From positions 192,001 through 256,000 of the forward strand of contig JANRKS010000007.1 in assembly GCA_033763315.1 (NCBI GenBank): a stretch of 64,000 bases of DNA, read 5' to 3'. Both the position numbers and the translations under genes were made by a program. The notes below the pieces were generated by a model, which ran no database searches, was not told the origin of the DNA, and worked only from the letters and a program-made list of their open reading frames with translations. Within the stretch, counting starts at the first letter, position 1. Each line of letters begins with the position of its first letter. This stretch comes from Deltaproteobacteria bacterium (GTDB taxonomy: Bacteria; Myxococcota_A; Polyangia; Fen-1088). Positions 40,617 through 49,890 of the stretch are shown here, in pieces.

Positions 40617-42233
40617 CTAGGGCCCAAATATCTGAAGCTCCGCAAAGCCGGGTTCCAAACTTTCGTCTCGGATGCTGCTGAAACGAACAGCGACGGCACC
40701 CGCAATGGGAACAGGCAGAATCAAATCGATGTCGCGATCTGGCTCTGGCAGTACCACAGTCGTGCGCCATAGCACAGTGTTGTTTGCTCCATAAACCTCG
40801 AACGTGCCTTCGAGGAAATCATAGCCGCTGGCATATTCGCGATTGCCGCGCATCGCAATGCGAGACACGGTTTGCGGAACCGCAAACGTCAATTGGTACC
40901 AAGGCTTCATCGTGCACGAAGTGGAGCTCGCGCAATCGCCGATGGCGGAGAACCAGCTCGTCTGCAGATTGTTGTCTGCGCCGCTGGCGGTGGACCACTG
41001 GGCGGCGTTGTATTGCGAGCTGGAAGTGGCACTCGCCCCCTCAATGCGCGACAGATTCTGCCCCACGTTGAAGATCTTCCCTCGATAGGCGCCCTTGCTG
41101 TTTGATACCGTCAGCGGGCCCGACGGCATGCCCGCGGGCAACGTAAACTGCAGCGTTTCGCGCGAAACGCCCACCCAACTCACTGTGCCCGCACCGATCG
41201 CTTGAATAACCGTACCGTTGGCGTCTTTGATCACCACTGGTTCAGCGGCGAAGTTGCTGCCCACAATGTTGATCGTGGTGCCAGGCAAAGCATTGTCGGG
41301 CGAATAATCCACCACCAACGGTGCGCCGGGGGCCGGATCAATGGTGAGGTAAAGCGTGTTGGTTCGCGCCGCAGCATTCGCCGGATCGGCGAGCCACACC
41401 GCTGTTAACCCTTGCGTGATCGTCAACGATTCAGGCACCTGCGCTTGCACGGAGGTCGACGAAACAACAGTCGTTGGCACCGCTTGGCCATTGCAGACCA
41501 GCACCCAATTGGCAGGCACGTTCGCCACCGTGGCTGTCAGCGTGAAAGGCACGTTCACGGTCGCACGCAAAGGCGAAACGGCGCTGAGCTGCGCAAACAA
41601 CACGCCACCGTCGCCCGAAAAATCGGCGTCTGTGCCCGCGTCGAGCAGCGTCCCGGCGTCGTCACCCGCACCACCGTCAACAACAACGTCGTCGTCGCTT
41701 TCTTCAATGAACGCCCACTCACCCGAGCCGGCAATGTCGCCATCGAACAAGAATGAATTGGGCGGGTAACCACGTTCAGGACCTGCGGGCGCAACCAAGC
41801 GCGCCGGGCCACGACGCACCCAAACCGTTGCGTTTTCTTCGGCGCTAACGACGGCATAGCGACGCCGCATGGCGGGCGCGGGCAAAGCTTGGCGCATGCG
41901 CGCGGGCATAACGAACTCCACGGCACGCGTTGCGATCTGCACAGTGCTGCCGAGTGGCTGCTGCTGGCCACGCATCACGGGTTCAGACGAGCGCACCGTG
42001 ATCGAGCGACGTTGCGGCAAAGCACCCGCCGGGAACGACACGGACAACGATCGCGGCCCCACGCCCAACGTCACGTCTTGAGCCACCGGCCCCACGTCAA
42101 CGATCGCTTGACCCAACACGGCTCCGTTGGGAGGCGCCACACCACCGTCATCGTCACCCGAGCAAGCGGTAAGCCCAACCGCAACCAACGCGGCCATTGC
42201 CGCGCAGTTAACGTAACCCTTCATGCGCTTCAT
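40617..42233 (-). CDS. Lipoprotein with ZU5-like, IPT/TIG and F5/8 (discoidin) domains
   Basis: LTAC lipobox; FPAGAL; SPDNALPGTTINIVGSNF; ATSSSQY..DNNLQTSW..AELQIFG. Confidence 0.7.
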   Translation of the reverse strand: MKRMKGYVNCAAMAALVAVGLTACSGDDDGGVAPPNGAVLGQAIVDVGPVAQDVTLGVGPRSLSVSFPAGALPQRRSITVRSSEPVMRGQQQPLGSTVQIATRAVEFVMPARMRQALPAPAMRRRYAVVSAEENATVWVRRGPARLVAPAGPERGYPPNSFLFDGDIAGSGEWAFIEESDDDVVVDGGAGDDAGTLLDAGTDADFSGDGGVLFAQLSAVSPLRATVNVPFTLTATVANVPANWVLVCNGQAVPTTVVSSTSVQAQVPESLTITQGLTAVWLADPANAAARTNTLYLTIDPAPGAPLVVDYSPDNALPGTTINIVGSNFAAEPVVIKDANGTVIQAIGAGTVSWVGVSRETLQFTLPAGMPSGPLTVSNSKGAYRGKIFNVGQNLSRIEGASATSSSQYNAAQWSTASGADNNLQTSWFSAIGDCASSTSCTMKPWYQLTFAVPQTVSRIAMRGNREYASGYDFLEGTFEVYGANNTVLWRTTVVLPEPDRDIDLILPVPIAGAVAVRFSSIRDESLEPGFAELQIFGP

Positions 42234-42251
42234 GCGCGCCACTATACGCCG

Positions 42252-42614
42252 TTAGGCGATCGGTGTCAGCGCACGGGCCAGGTAGTGTTCGATGCGTGCG
42301 GCGGCGTCTGGCGTGAGGGTCGTAAACTTAACGCCCATGCCCAACTCTTCGTCGGCGTCGATCGCCACCACATCGCCTTGCACTTCAATGGCTTCGGCAT
42401 CGCCCGGCAGCGTGAAGCGCAGTTTAATGGGTGTGCCCACGGCGATTGGAATCGTCTTGTCCAGATGAAGCCCACCCGTGGAAAGGTTGCCGGCGCGGCG
42501 ATACACCCTATGGTCGTCCGCCAGTTCCTCAACCCACATCTCCACGGGCACCCTGTGGCTCCGACGACGTTCTGCGCCACTTGCCGTACTTCCTGCGGGC
42601 GATTGCTCACTCAT
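42252..42614 (-). CDS. PilZ-domain protein (TIGR02266-like)
   Basis: ERRRSHRVP and NLSTGG c-di-GMP motifs; GMGVKF. Confidence 0.88.
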   Translation of the reverse strand: MSEQSPAGSTASGAERRRSHRVPVEMWVEELADDHRVYRRAGNLSTGGLHLDKTIPIAVGTPIKLRFTLPGDAEAIEVQGDVVAIDADEELGMGVKFTTLTPDAAARIEHYLARALTPIA

Positions 42615-42730
42615 GAGGCCACAATGTAGCCCTCGGGTGGCGCGAGGTCGAACCAAAGTTGAGCCGCCGGCATCAAACCCTCGTAAATAGCGGCGCCCTT
42701 GCGTGCCGCGGCTTTACTCCCCGGGGCACT

Positions 42731-43528
42731 ATGCAAAACAGCATCAAAGTGAACGACCTTAAGGCTTTGTTGACCGCGCAAGACACGCGGGCGATGAGCG
42801 CGGCACAAGCGCCCCGTTTGACACCCCCTGTCCCTGCGCCTAGCTTTCGCTCCGAACCCGGTACAGCCACCATGGACGTCGTGCGTTACTCCGAAGCAGA
42901 TCTGCCCACCGTGTATGGGCCGTTCCGGCTTTACGTCTATCGAGAGGCGCAAACCTCCGGGCAGCCCTCACCGGGCTCCACCAGCCTTGAGCATATGGCC
43001 ATCGTGCGCGGCGATCTGCGCGGCCAAGAAGCGGTGCTCTGCCGCATCCATTCCGAATGCTGGACCTCTGAAGTCATCGGCTCCATGAAGTGCGATTGCC
43101 GTGAGCAGCTTGAGGCGGCACTTAAACGCGTGGCCGCCGAGGGCAGCGGCGTGGTGGTTTACTTGCGCCAAGAAGGCCGCGGCATCGGGTTGGGAAATAA
43201 GATCAAAGCCTATGCGCTGCAAAACGAAGGCGCAGACACCGTGGAAGCCAACATCGCGTTGGGCTTCGAGGCAGACTCACGCAACTACGACCTCGCGGGC
43301 GCCATCTTGAACGATCTGGGCGTCAAGTCCGTGCGTCTGATGACAAACAACCCACTCAAGATGGACGGATTACGCCAAGCCGGCGTGGAAGTTGTGGGCC
43401 GGCAAGCACACTGGGTGGCGGAGAACCGCTACAACGCACAATACTTAGCGGTCAAGCGCCGCAAGATGGGCCACCACGCTGACAATTCGCCGCGCCTTCT
43501 TGCCTTGCCAGGTGCTAAAAAGCCGTAG
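42731..43528 (+). CDS. ribA: GTP cyclohydrolase II
   Basis: RIHSECWT..GSMKCDC, QEGRGIGL.NK..AY.LQ and LMTNNP motifs. Start position uncertain. Confidence 0.93.
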   Translation: MQNSIKVNDLKALLTAQDTRAMSAAQAPRLTPPVPAPSFRSEPGTATMDVVRYSEADLPTVYGPFRLYVYREAQTSGQPSPGSTSLEHMAIVRGDLRGQEAVLCRIHSECWTSEVIGSMKCDCREQLEAALKRVAAEGSGVVVYLRQEGRGIGLGNKIKAYALQNEGADTVEANIALGFEADSRNYDLAGAILNDLGVKSVRLMTNNPLKMDGLRQAGVEVVGRQAHWVAENRYNAQYLAVKRRKMGHHADNSPRLLALPGAKKP

Positions 43529-43548
43529 CCCCCACGGAGGGTACAGCC

Positions 43549-44643
43549 ATTTCCAGCACCGACGACATTCGCAAAGCCCTTTCAACAGTCATTGATCCCT
43601 GTTCTGGCCTCGACCTTCTGACCGCCGCTGTGGTCAAAAACATCGAAGTCGCAGGAGGCAAAGCCTCGCTGCTCATCGAGCTTCCCATCCCTGTTGGGCC
43701 AAGCGCAAAGAAGCTTGAAGCAGAGGTGGTGGCTGTGGCCAAGAAAGTGGCTGGTGTAGATGCCGCCAGCGTCACTTTCTCCGTTGTGATCCCGTCACGC
43801 GCTTCCGCCACGGCCGGCGGCTCGATGCCGCAGGTGAAAAACGTTGTCGCCATATCGTCGGGCAAAGGCGGGGTGGGTAAATCCACCGTTACCACAAACC
43901 TGGCCGCGGCTCTGCATGCGCAAGGCGCGCGCGTGGGGATCTTGGATGCCGACATCTATGGCCCTTCGGTGCCGCAAATGATGGGCGATCCGGATGTGTT
44001 TGCTTCGGGCAACCAAGCGTCCAAGATCACGCCGGCCGTTCATCACGGCATGAAGATCATTTCCATCGGCTTTTTCTTGGAACGCGACCGGCCGGTGATT
44101 TGGCGCGGCCCCATGATCCACAAACTGCTGCAGCAGTTTATTGAGGATGTGGATTGGGGAGAGCTTGATTATCTGTTCATCGATTTGCCGCCAGGCACAG
44201 GTGACGCGCAATTGTCGTTGTCGCAGCTTGTGCCACTGACTGGCACCGTGTTGGTCACCACGCCGCAAGAGGTGGCGGTGCTGGATGTGGAAAAGGCCTT
44301 CTCGATGTGGAAGAAGGTTGAAGTGCCTGTGTTGGGCGTGATCGAGAACATGAGCACCTTTGAATGTCCCACGTGCCACCATGTGGAAGAGATCTTCTCC
44401 AAAGGTGGGGGGCGTGACTTGGCTGAACGCGAGGGTGTGACGTTCTTTGGCGCCGTTCCTATCCAATCGTCGGTGCGCATGGCTGGTGACGGAGGAAAGC
44501 CCATTGTGCTCGCTCACCCTGAGTCAAAAGCCGCGGACATCTTTCACGAGATGGCAAGCAACTTGGCGTGCACCTTGGCCGCGCGCAACCGCCCAAGTCC
44601 AGGCGGTGGCATCCGCAGCGGCAAACTCACGTTGATTCGCTAG
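43549..44643 (+). CDS. mrp: Mrp/NBP35 (ApbC) Fe-S cluster carrier, probable ATT start
   Basis: SGKGGVGKST, DADIYGPS, WRGP, DLPPGTGD and ENM..CPTC motifs. The N-terminal FeS-assembly domain begins at ATT 43549, after GGAGG. Confidence 0.9.
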   Translation: MSSTDDIRKALSTVIDPCSGLDLLTAAVVKNIEVAGGKASLLIELPIPVGPSAKKLEAEVVAVAKKVAGVDAASVTFSVVIPSRASATAGGSMPQVKNVVAISSGKGGVGKSTVTTNLAAALHAQGARVGILDADIYGPSVPQMMGDPDVFASGNQASKITPAVHHGMKIISIGFFLERDRPVIWRGPMIHKLLQQFIEDVDWGELDYLFIDLPPGTGDAQLSLSQLVPLTGTVLVTTPQEVAVLDVEKAFSMWKKVEVPVLGVIENMSTFECPTCHHVEEIFSKGGGRDLAEREGVTFFGAVPIQSSVRMAGDGGKPIVLAHPESKAADIFHEMASNLACTLAARNRPSPGGGIRSGKLTLIR

Positions 44644-44647
44644 TGGC

Positions 44648-46711
44648 TCAGACGCGGCGCAAATCGTCCTGAAACGGCGAGATATTGCCCGCGTTTGACA
44701 GCCACAACAGGACCGCGCGCGCTTCGAGCCATTCGTCTAGGCACACTTGCAGAAAGCTTGGTGACAAAGCGCTTACGGCGTGGCCCTCCCATTCGAAATC
44801 CGCCACGCCTTGGGTCATCGAACGCAAGCCCGTGGTCACCATTTGATCGCGCGCACGCCATGCGCGCTCAACAACCAAAGCCAACGCTTGCGGAAACTCT
44901 CGCCGCTGTTGAACGCGCGTGGGCACGGCCACTTCATCTAAACCCACGGCCCACAACAGCCAGCACAAGCCCGCCCAATCCGCGCGGGCGCGCCCTATGA
45001 TGCCGCTGACGCCCAAAAGCGGCGGCAAACATTCATCGATCTGCACAACCGTTTGTTCGGCTTGCCCCTGCTCGTCTTCATCCTCGATGATTGCCTCGCC
45101 CTTGTGCAGCGACGCGGGGCCTTGCGGTAAGAACGCCGGCAAATGCGGCGGCGCCCACGCAACATCGGCAACACCAAACCTTGCCAACGCTTGTCGCATC
45201 GCGAGCAACCGCGTGGCGTATACGCTTGCCACCTGCAACACAGCTTCGAGAGGTTGGGCCACTTCCAAAGCAACCGCTTCGTCCAGTGGCAAAAACGCGT
45301 GCAAACGCGGGGCAAATGCATAGGTAGGCCGAAACACCGCCAACGTTTCGTCGAAAAAAGATGTCGCGTCGGCAGAAACCGCGGCGAGCCGCTGCAGATC
45401 CGCGCGCAGGCCGGCATCATCGCCCCGCTCAAGAAGCGTCAACGCCCGGGTGAGATAGCCGCGCAAATCATCAGGCACGAGGCGCACACACGCTTCGCTC
45501 AAGTCGCGTGCGGCGGCTTGCCACGCGGGCAGGGCCGAGCAAAGCAAACGCAACACGTGGTGTGTGTGGGCCCCTGTCACAAGCGCGTCCAGCAGTTTCA
45601 CCACGTCTTGCACATCAGCGCACGCTTGCGCTTCTGACACCTGAGCCGCTTCTGACTTTGGCAGCACCGCCGCGCCCACTTCACGCATGAAGCCTTCGGC
45701 GTCAGCACCGGCAGCCACCGCTCGCGAGCGCGCCACGATCCATTCACGCAACCGTCCTTGGGCTCGCAGTTCGGACGCCAAGGTCAACCATTCGCTCTTT
45801 GAGCGCGCCTCATCAGCGAACGCGGCGCTTTGTGTGATCACGTCGTCCGTTACGGCTAAGCCAAGATCGCGCGCCCACAGCACCGCGCCTTGAGGCGTTC
45901 GCAAGGACCAAGCGCCAACGCTTTGTTTATGATCAAACTCGCCTTCAATCCACGCCTTTGCATGCACAGCGGCGCCGCCCCACGCCTGCACCTCTTCGCC
46001 TTGCAATAGCCGCCGCCAGGGCCCATGCGGGATCGCTTCAAACTCATCGTGGCGCAACAAGCTGGTGAACTCCACCACCTCACCGTCGGCGCCGAAGCGC
46101 CGCGTGGACACGCGGCGCCCTTGCTCATAATCGACCTCTTCGTCGAGCCGCCCGTCGGCGCCTTCTTGTCGCCACCACGACCACGTGCCCGTGCTGTTGC
46201 CGGTTTGCGGATCATGAGCGCCATCGAACCAACGCCGTGTGCTTTCATCAAAGCGCGCTTCGTCGGGCACATGTCGAGGCCGCGGCGGCCGGCGGCTGCC
46301 ATCGGAGAGCAGCACGTGACCTTCGTCGTCAAAGAACGTCTCGCCACGCAACCCACCCTGCTCGTAGCGCGCTTCCATACGAGTGGCTCCCGACGGAACA
46401 CAACAGCCGCGCAGTGGTTCTCCCCGGCCATCGCCGCTGGCGTACGCCACCACGATGCCGTCTAGATGACCGTTAATGTAGAAGCCCTCGCGCGCCACGC
46501 GACCATCCGGATGAAACCGTCGGAAGGGGCCACGCAATTCGCCGTGATCGTAAAAGGCTTCGAAGGCCAAGCTGCCTTCCGCACGCCACGCGCGCACGCT
46601 GCCGATGGGTAGCCCCTGCAAATCGTGGCTGCGCTCTTCCCATTGGCCGGACTCCGGTGACCAATGGGCCGAGGGAGGAACCGCATCCGGGCGAAGCAAG
46701 TCGTCGGACAT
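44648..46711 (-). CDS. Hypothetical protein with MORN-like repeats and TPR-like helices
   Basis: G.L.G.F..FHPDG....EG.Y..G..DG repeats; helical C-terminal half. Confidence 0.6.
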   Translation of the reverse strand: MSDDLLRPDAVPPSAHWSPESGQWEERSHDLQGLPIGSVRAWRAEGSLAFEAFYDHGELRGPFRRFHPDGRVAREGFYINGHLDGIVVAYASGDGRGEPLRGCCVPSGATRMEARYEQGGLRGETFFDDEGHVLLSDGSRRPPRPRHVPDEARFDESTRRWFDGAHDPQTGNSTGTWSWWRQEGADGRLDEEVDYEQGRRVSTRRFGADGEVVEFTSLLRHDEFEAIPHGPWRRLLQGEEVQAWGGAAVHAKAWIEGEFDHKQSVGAWSLRTPQGAVLWARDLGLAVTDDVITQSAAFADEARSKSEWLTLASELRAQGRLREWIVARSRAVAAGADAEGFMREVGAAVLPKSEAAQVSEAQACADVQDVVKLLDALVTGAHTHHVLRLLCSALPAWQAAARDLSEACVRLVPDDLRGYLTRALTLLERGDDAGLRADLQRLAAVSADATSFFDETLAVFRPTYAFAPRLHAFLPLDEAVALEVAQPLEAVLQVASVYATRLLAMRQALARFGVADVAWAPPHLPAFLPQGPASLHKGEAIIEDEDEQGQAEQTVVQIDECLPPLLGVSGIIGRARADWAGLCWLLWAVGLDEVAVPTRVQQRREFPQALALVVERAWRARDQMVTTGLRSMTQGVADFEWEGHAVSALSPSFLQVCLDEWLEARAVLLWLSNAGNISPFQDDLRRV

Positions 46712-46765
46712 CTAGGCAATCTACTGCACCAACGCGGCCAGATCACGCGTCGAGATCGCACACGA

Positions 46766-48472
46766 TCAAGGTGGCGGGTTGATTGGCGCCAGGCCCGCAC
46801 CTGTGGGCTCCACAACTTGTGGCTCCGGCGCGGGAGGTTCGGCAGGCGCGATCGGGGCCGCAGCGGCCGGATCGGGAGCGGGCGCGACGTCAGGCTCGAT
46901 CAACGGGCGCGCTGCGTTTGCGACGACTTGCGGGGCAGGCGCCTCGACGGGTGGCACACCTTTGGGCGCGCGACGCAAGCTCAGCACCGCTGAAAGATCG
47001 CGGTCGGGCACAAAGGGCTGCACCGTGTCCGCGAACCCTTTCTTGCGCAGCACCAATTGCATCGCGGTCGCGCCCTTCTTCACTTTGATAAGCGTGGGAG
47101 TCACCCCCAGCACGCGGCCTTGCTCATCAATGACGTCGGCACCGCGTGGGTGCGTCTCCAAGCGCACCTCCACCCAAGTCTCGCCAACCGGCGCAAGAGG
47201 AGCCGGTGCGGGCGGCGCCACCACAGCCGCCGGCGCGGGCGCCATAGGTGCTGGCTGCGTCACCACAACAGGAAGCGGCGGCGCTGACGGACCTCCCGTG
47301 CGCAGCGCAAACACGGCGAGTCCTGCAGCCAAGGCCACCCCACCCGTGAGGGCGAAGATCTTGTTTTGCCGTGAGGATCGCGGGTCGGATTCCCGAGCGC
47401 GCTTGGCATCCGTACCATCCACGAGCACAGGAGGAACCGTGCGTGATTTGTTCGGCTCCACATGTTGAGAGGCAGGCAGATCGGCCCATGAGGATGCCTC
47501 ATCCACTTGCGCATCAAACGCGCCGGCATCAACGCCAAACAAATCATCCAGCAAGCGCGGCAGGGCGCCGGCAGCGAAATGCGCGTCGGCGAGATACGTT
47601 TCGAGTTCGTCAGCCATCTCCTTGGCGTTGCGGTACCGACGTGAGCCGTCGCGTTCAAGCGCGCGAATGGCAATGTAATCAAGCGGCGTGGGCAGTTCCG
47701 GGCGCTGCATGGACGGCGGCATCACCGGACGATCCATCACGTTCTTCATCGTGTTCAATTCGCTTTTGTCGAAAAACAAACGCCGTCCCGTCAGCATCTC
47801 CCAAAAGCACACGCCAAGCGAAAACACATCAGAGCGGCCATCGATCGCGTCGCCTCGGATCTGCTCGGGGGACAAATAACTGAGTTTGCCGCGAATGAAG
47901 GCGTCGCTGCCCACGGGATCGGAATCCACGGGTTTGGCCACGCCCACTTTCGCGATGCCGAAATCCAACAGCTTCACACCGCCCGCACGGAGCAACATGA
48001 TGTTCGAGGGGCTCACATCGCGGTGAACGATGTTCAACGGCTTGCCACCCGCGCCGGTAAGGCTGTGCGCATAGTGCAAGCCCAGCGCCACCTGCTGCGC
48101 GATAAACGCCGCGACGGCTGGATCCATGCTTTTGCGGGTGGCGCGCAGCTGCCGCATCACCGACAGGAGATCCTTGCCGCGCAGATACTCCATGCTGATG
48201 AAGTAGCTGCCGCTGATCTGCCCGAAGTCGTAGATCTGCACGATGTTGGGGTGGTTCAACAACGCCGACACGCGCGCTTCGGAGACGAACATGTCGATGA
48301 AGTCTTTGGACTGCGACTTGTCTTGCAGGATGCGCTTGATCACGAAAACGCGCTGAAATCCCTCCACCCCGTGCGCGACGGCGCGAAACACCTCCGCCAT
48401 GCCGCCCCGTCCAATGGACTCAAGCAACATGTACCGCCCGAAGCGTTCACCGGCGGGTCTTTCGTGCGACAC
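46766..48472 (-). CDS. Membrane Ser/Thr protein kinase with PEGA domain
   Basis: GRGGMAEV, HRDVSPSN and DFG motifs; TM; THPRGADV..LGVTP PEGA. Confidence 0.92.
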   Translation of the reverse strand: MSHERPAGERFGRYMLLESIGRGGMAEVFRAVAHGVEGFQRVFVIKRILQDKSQSKDFIDMFVSEARVSALLNHPNIVQIYDFGQISGSYFISMEYLRGKDLLSVMRQLRATRKSMDPAVAAFIAQQVALGLHYAHSLTGAGGKPLNIVHRDVSPSNIMLLRAGGVKLLDFGIAKVGVAKPVDSDPVGSDAFIRGKLSYLSPEQIRGDAIDGRSDVFSLGVCFWEMLTGRRLFFDKSELNTMKNVMDRPVMPPSMQRPELPTPLDYIAIRALERDGSRRYRNAKEMADELETYLADAHFAAGALPRLLDDLFGVDAGAFDAQVDEASSWADLPASQHVEPNKSRTVPPVLVDGTDAKRARESDPRSSRQNKIFALTGGVALAAGLAVFALRTGGPSAPPLPVVVTQPAPMAPAPAAVVAPPAPAPLAPVGETWVEVRLETHPRGADVIDEQGRVLGVTPTLIKVKKGATAMQLVLRKKGFADTVQPFVPDRDLSAVLSLRRAPKGVPPVEAPAPQVVANAARPLIEPDVAPAPDPAAAAPIAPAEPPAPEPQVVEPTGAGLAPINPPP

Positions 48473-48660
48473 TGGTAGTTCATCTCATCGACGGGCGCGG
48501 GCAATTTCTTAATATGATTATGTAACCAAAACTACACTTCTTGAACAAAGGCAGTGACGCGCCTAACCATCAAAGGAGCAAGGCTCCCATTGCGGAAAGC
48601 TTTTTTGATGGGTGGCCGTGGAATGCATCCACTGACTGGTGCATAAACAGGGCACAACTA

Positions 48661-49890
48661 ATGAACACTAAGTTGCTTAACGGGCTGAGGTACGCGGCCT
48701 GGCTGTTTGTTGCGTGCCTCGTTGGGCCGGCGTGCTCTGTGTCTACCGATGGCCTCTACGCTGGTAGCCAGGAGCCAGAAGACGCGGCCGTTGTGCCCGT
48801 GCCCGACGTGATGATGCCACCGCCGGGCACCGGGACGGCGTGCGCGAAGAACACTGATTGCGCCAGCGGCTTTTGTGCAGAAGGCGTGTGCTGCGATAGC
48901 CCGTGCTCCGCCGGCTGCTCGTCGTGCAACTTGCCAGACCTCAAGGGCCGCTGTTCACCCATTCCGCCTGGTATGGCGCCGCGCCTTGAAAACGCGTGCC
49001 GCAAAGAAGCAACGCAGACTTGCGGCTTCGACGGCACCTGCGACGGCATCGGCGGCTGTCGCAAGCACGTCCAAGGCACCGAGTGTGGCCTGTCGTCATG
49101 CGCCAACAACACAGAACAACCGGCCTCTAAATGCGACGGCGCGGGCACCTGTGTCAGTGACGCGCCGAAGCCTTGTGCGCCTTACATGTGCAGTGTTCGC
49201 GCTTGTTCCACGGAATGCCGGCGCAATGCGGATTGCACGCCCGATACGCTGTGCGTGAGCCGTAAGTGCGAAAAATACGAAGGCGCCATCGCGATGTACA
49301 ACGACAGCTCCCCCTCGGTCGATGGTGTGGGTGACGATCAGGTTTGGAGCCGTGTGAACACGTGGCTCGACATCAAGAATGTTGTCTCGGGAACCGTGGG
49401 CAGCACTGAGGATCTGACCGCCCGCATGAAATTGATGTGGACGCCCTTGGCTTTGTTCGTGTTGGTTGAAGTGAACGATTCGTTCTTGACCAACGACAGC
49501 GCTGAAGCCACACGCGACGACGCCGTGGAGATTTTTTTGGATCTCAACCGCAGCAAGGGCGAGACGTACGATGGCAAAGACGATCTTCAGTATCTGTTCG
49601 GCTGGAACGACAATGATTTCACGGAAACAAAACTCAACAAGCGCCAGGACGTAACGTGGGCCATCCAAACCGCTGGCAACCGCCGGTCCTATACCTTGGA
49701 AGCCCGCTTTCCATGGTCCACAATCGCGGGCCCAGCCCCGGCGGCAGGTTTACGAATTGGCTTTCAAGTGGTCATTGATGATGACGACGATGGGGCCGAT
49801 CGAGACGCGCAAGTGGTGTGGTCGGGCACGCGCACTGATTCAGCCACGCGCCCGGCGTCGTTCGGCGACCTGTTGCTCAACGGCCCCTAG
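48661..49890 (+). CDS. Lipoprotein with Cys-rich repeats and C-terminal CBM9-like domain
   Basis: GPAC lipobox; CASGFC.EGVCC and CDG.G.C repeats; VDG...W, DDAVEIFLD and YTLEARFPW. Confidence 0.75.
   Translation: MNTKLLNGLRYAAWLFVACLVGPACSVSTDGLYAGSQEPEDAAVVPVPDVMMPPPGTGTACAKNTDCASGFCAEGVCCDSPCSAGCSSCNLPDLKGRCSPIPPGMAPRLENACRKEATQTCGFDGTCDGIGGCRKHVQGTECGLSSCANNTEQPASKCDGAGTCVSDAPKPCAPYMCSVRACSTECRRNADCTPDTLCVSRKCEKYEGAIAMYNDSSPSVDGVGDDQVWSRVNTWLDIKNVVSGTVGSTEDLTARMKLMWTPLALFVLVEVNDSFLTNDSAEATRDDAVEIFLDLNRSKGETYDGKDDLQYLFGWNDNDFTETKLNKRQDVTWAIQTAGNRRSYTLEARFPWSTIAGPAPAAGLRIGFQVVIDDDDDGADRDAQVVWSGTRTDSATRPASFGDLLLNGP

Noticed and set aside
40270-40620. In-frame TGA codons as selenocysteine readthrough
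   Set aside because: No redox motif context, no recognisable SECIS hairpin and no family match; decay or chance is more likely.
42615-42731. FMN riboswitch upstream of ribA
   Set aside because: The region is short and lacks the RFN conserved motifs.
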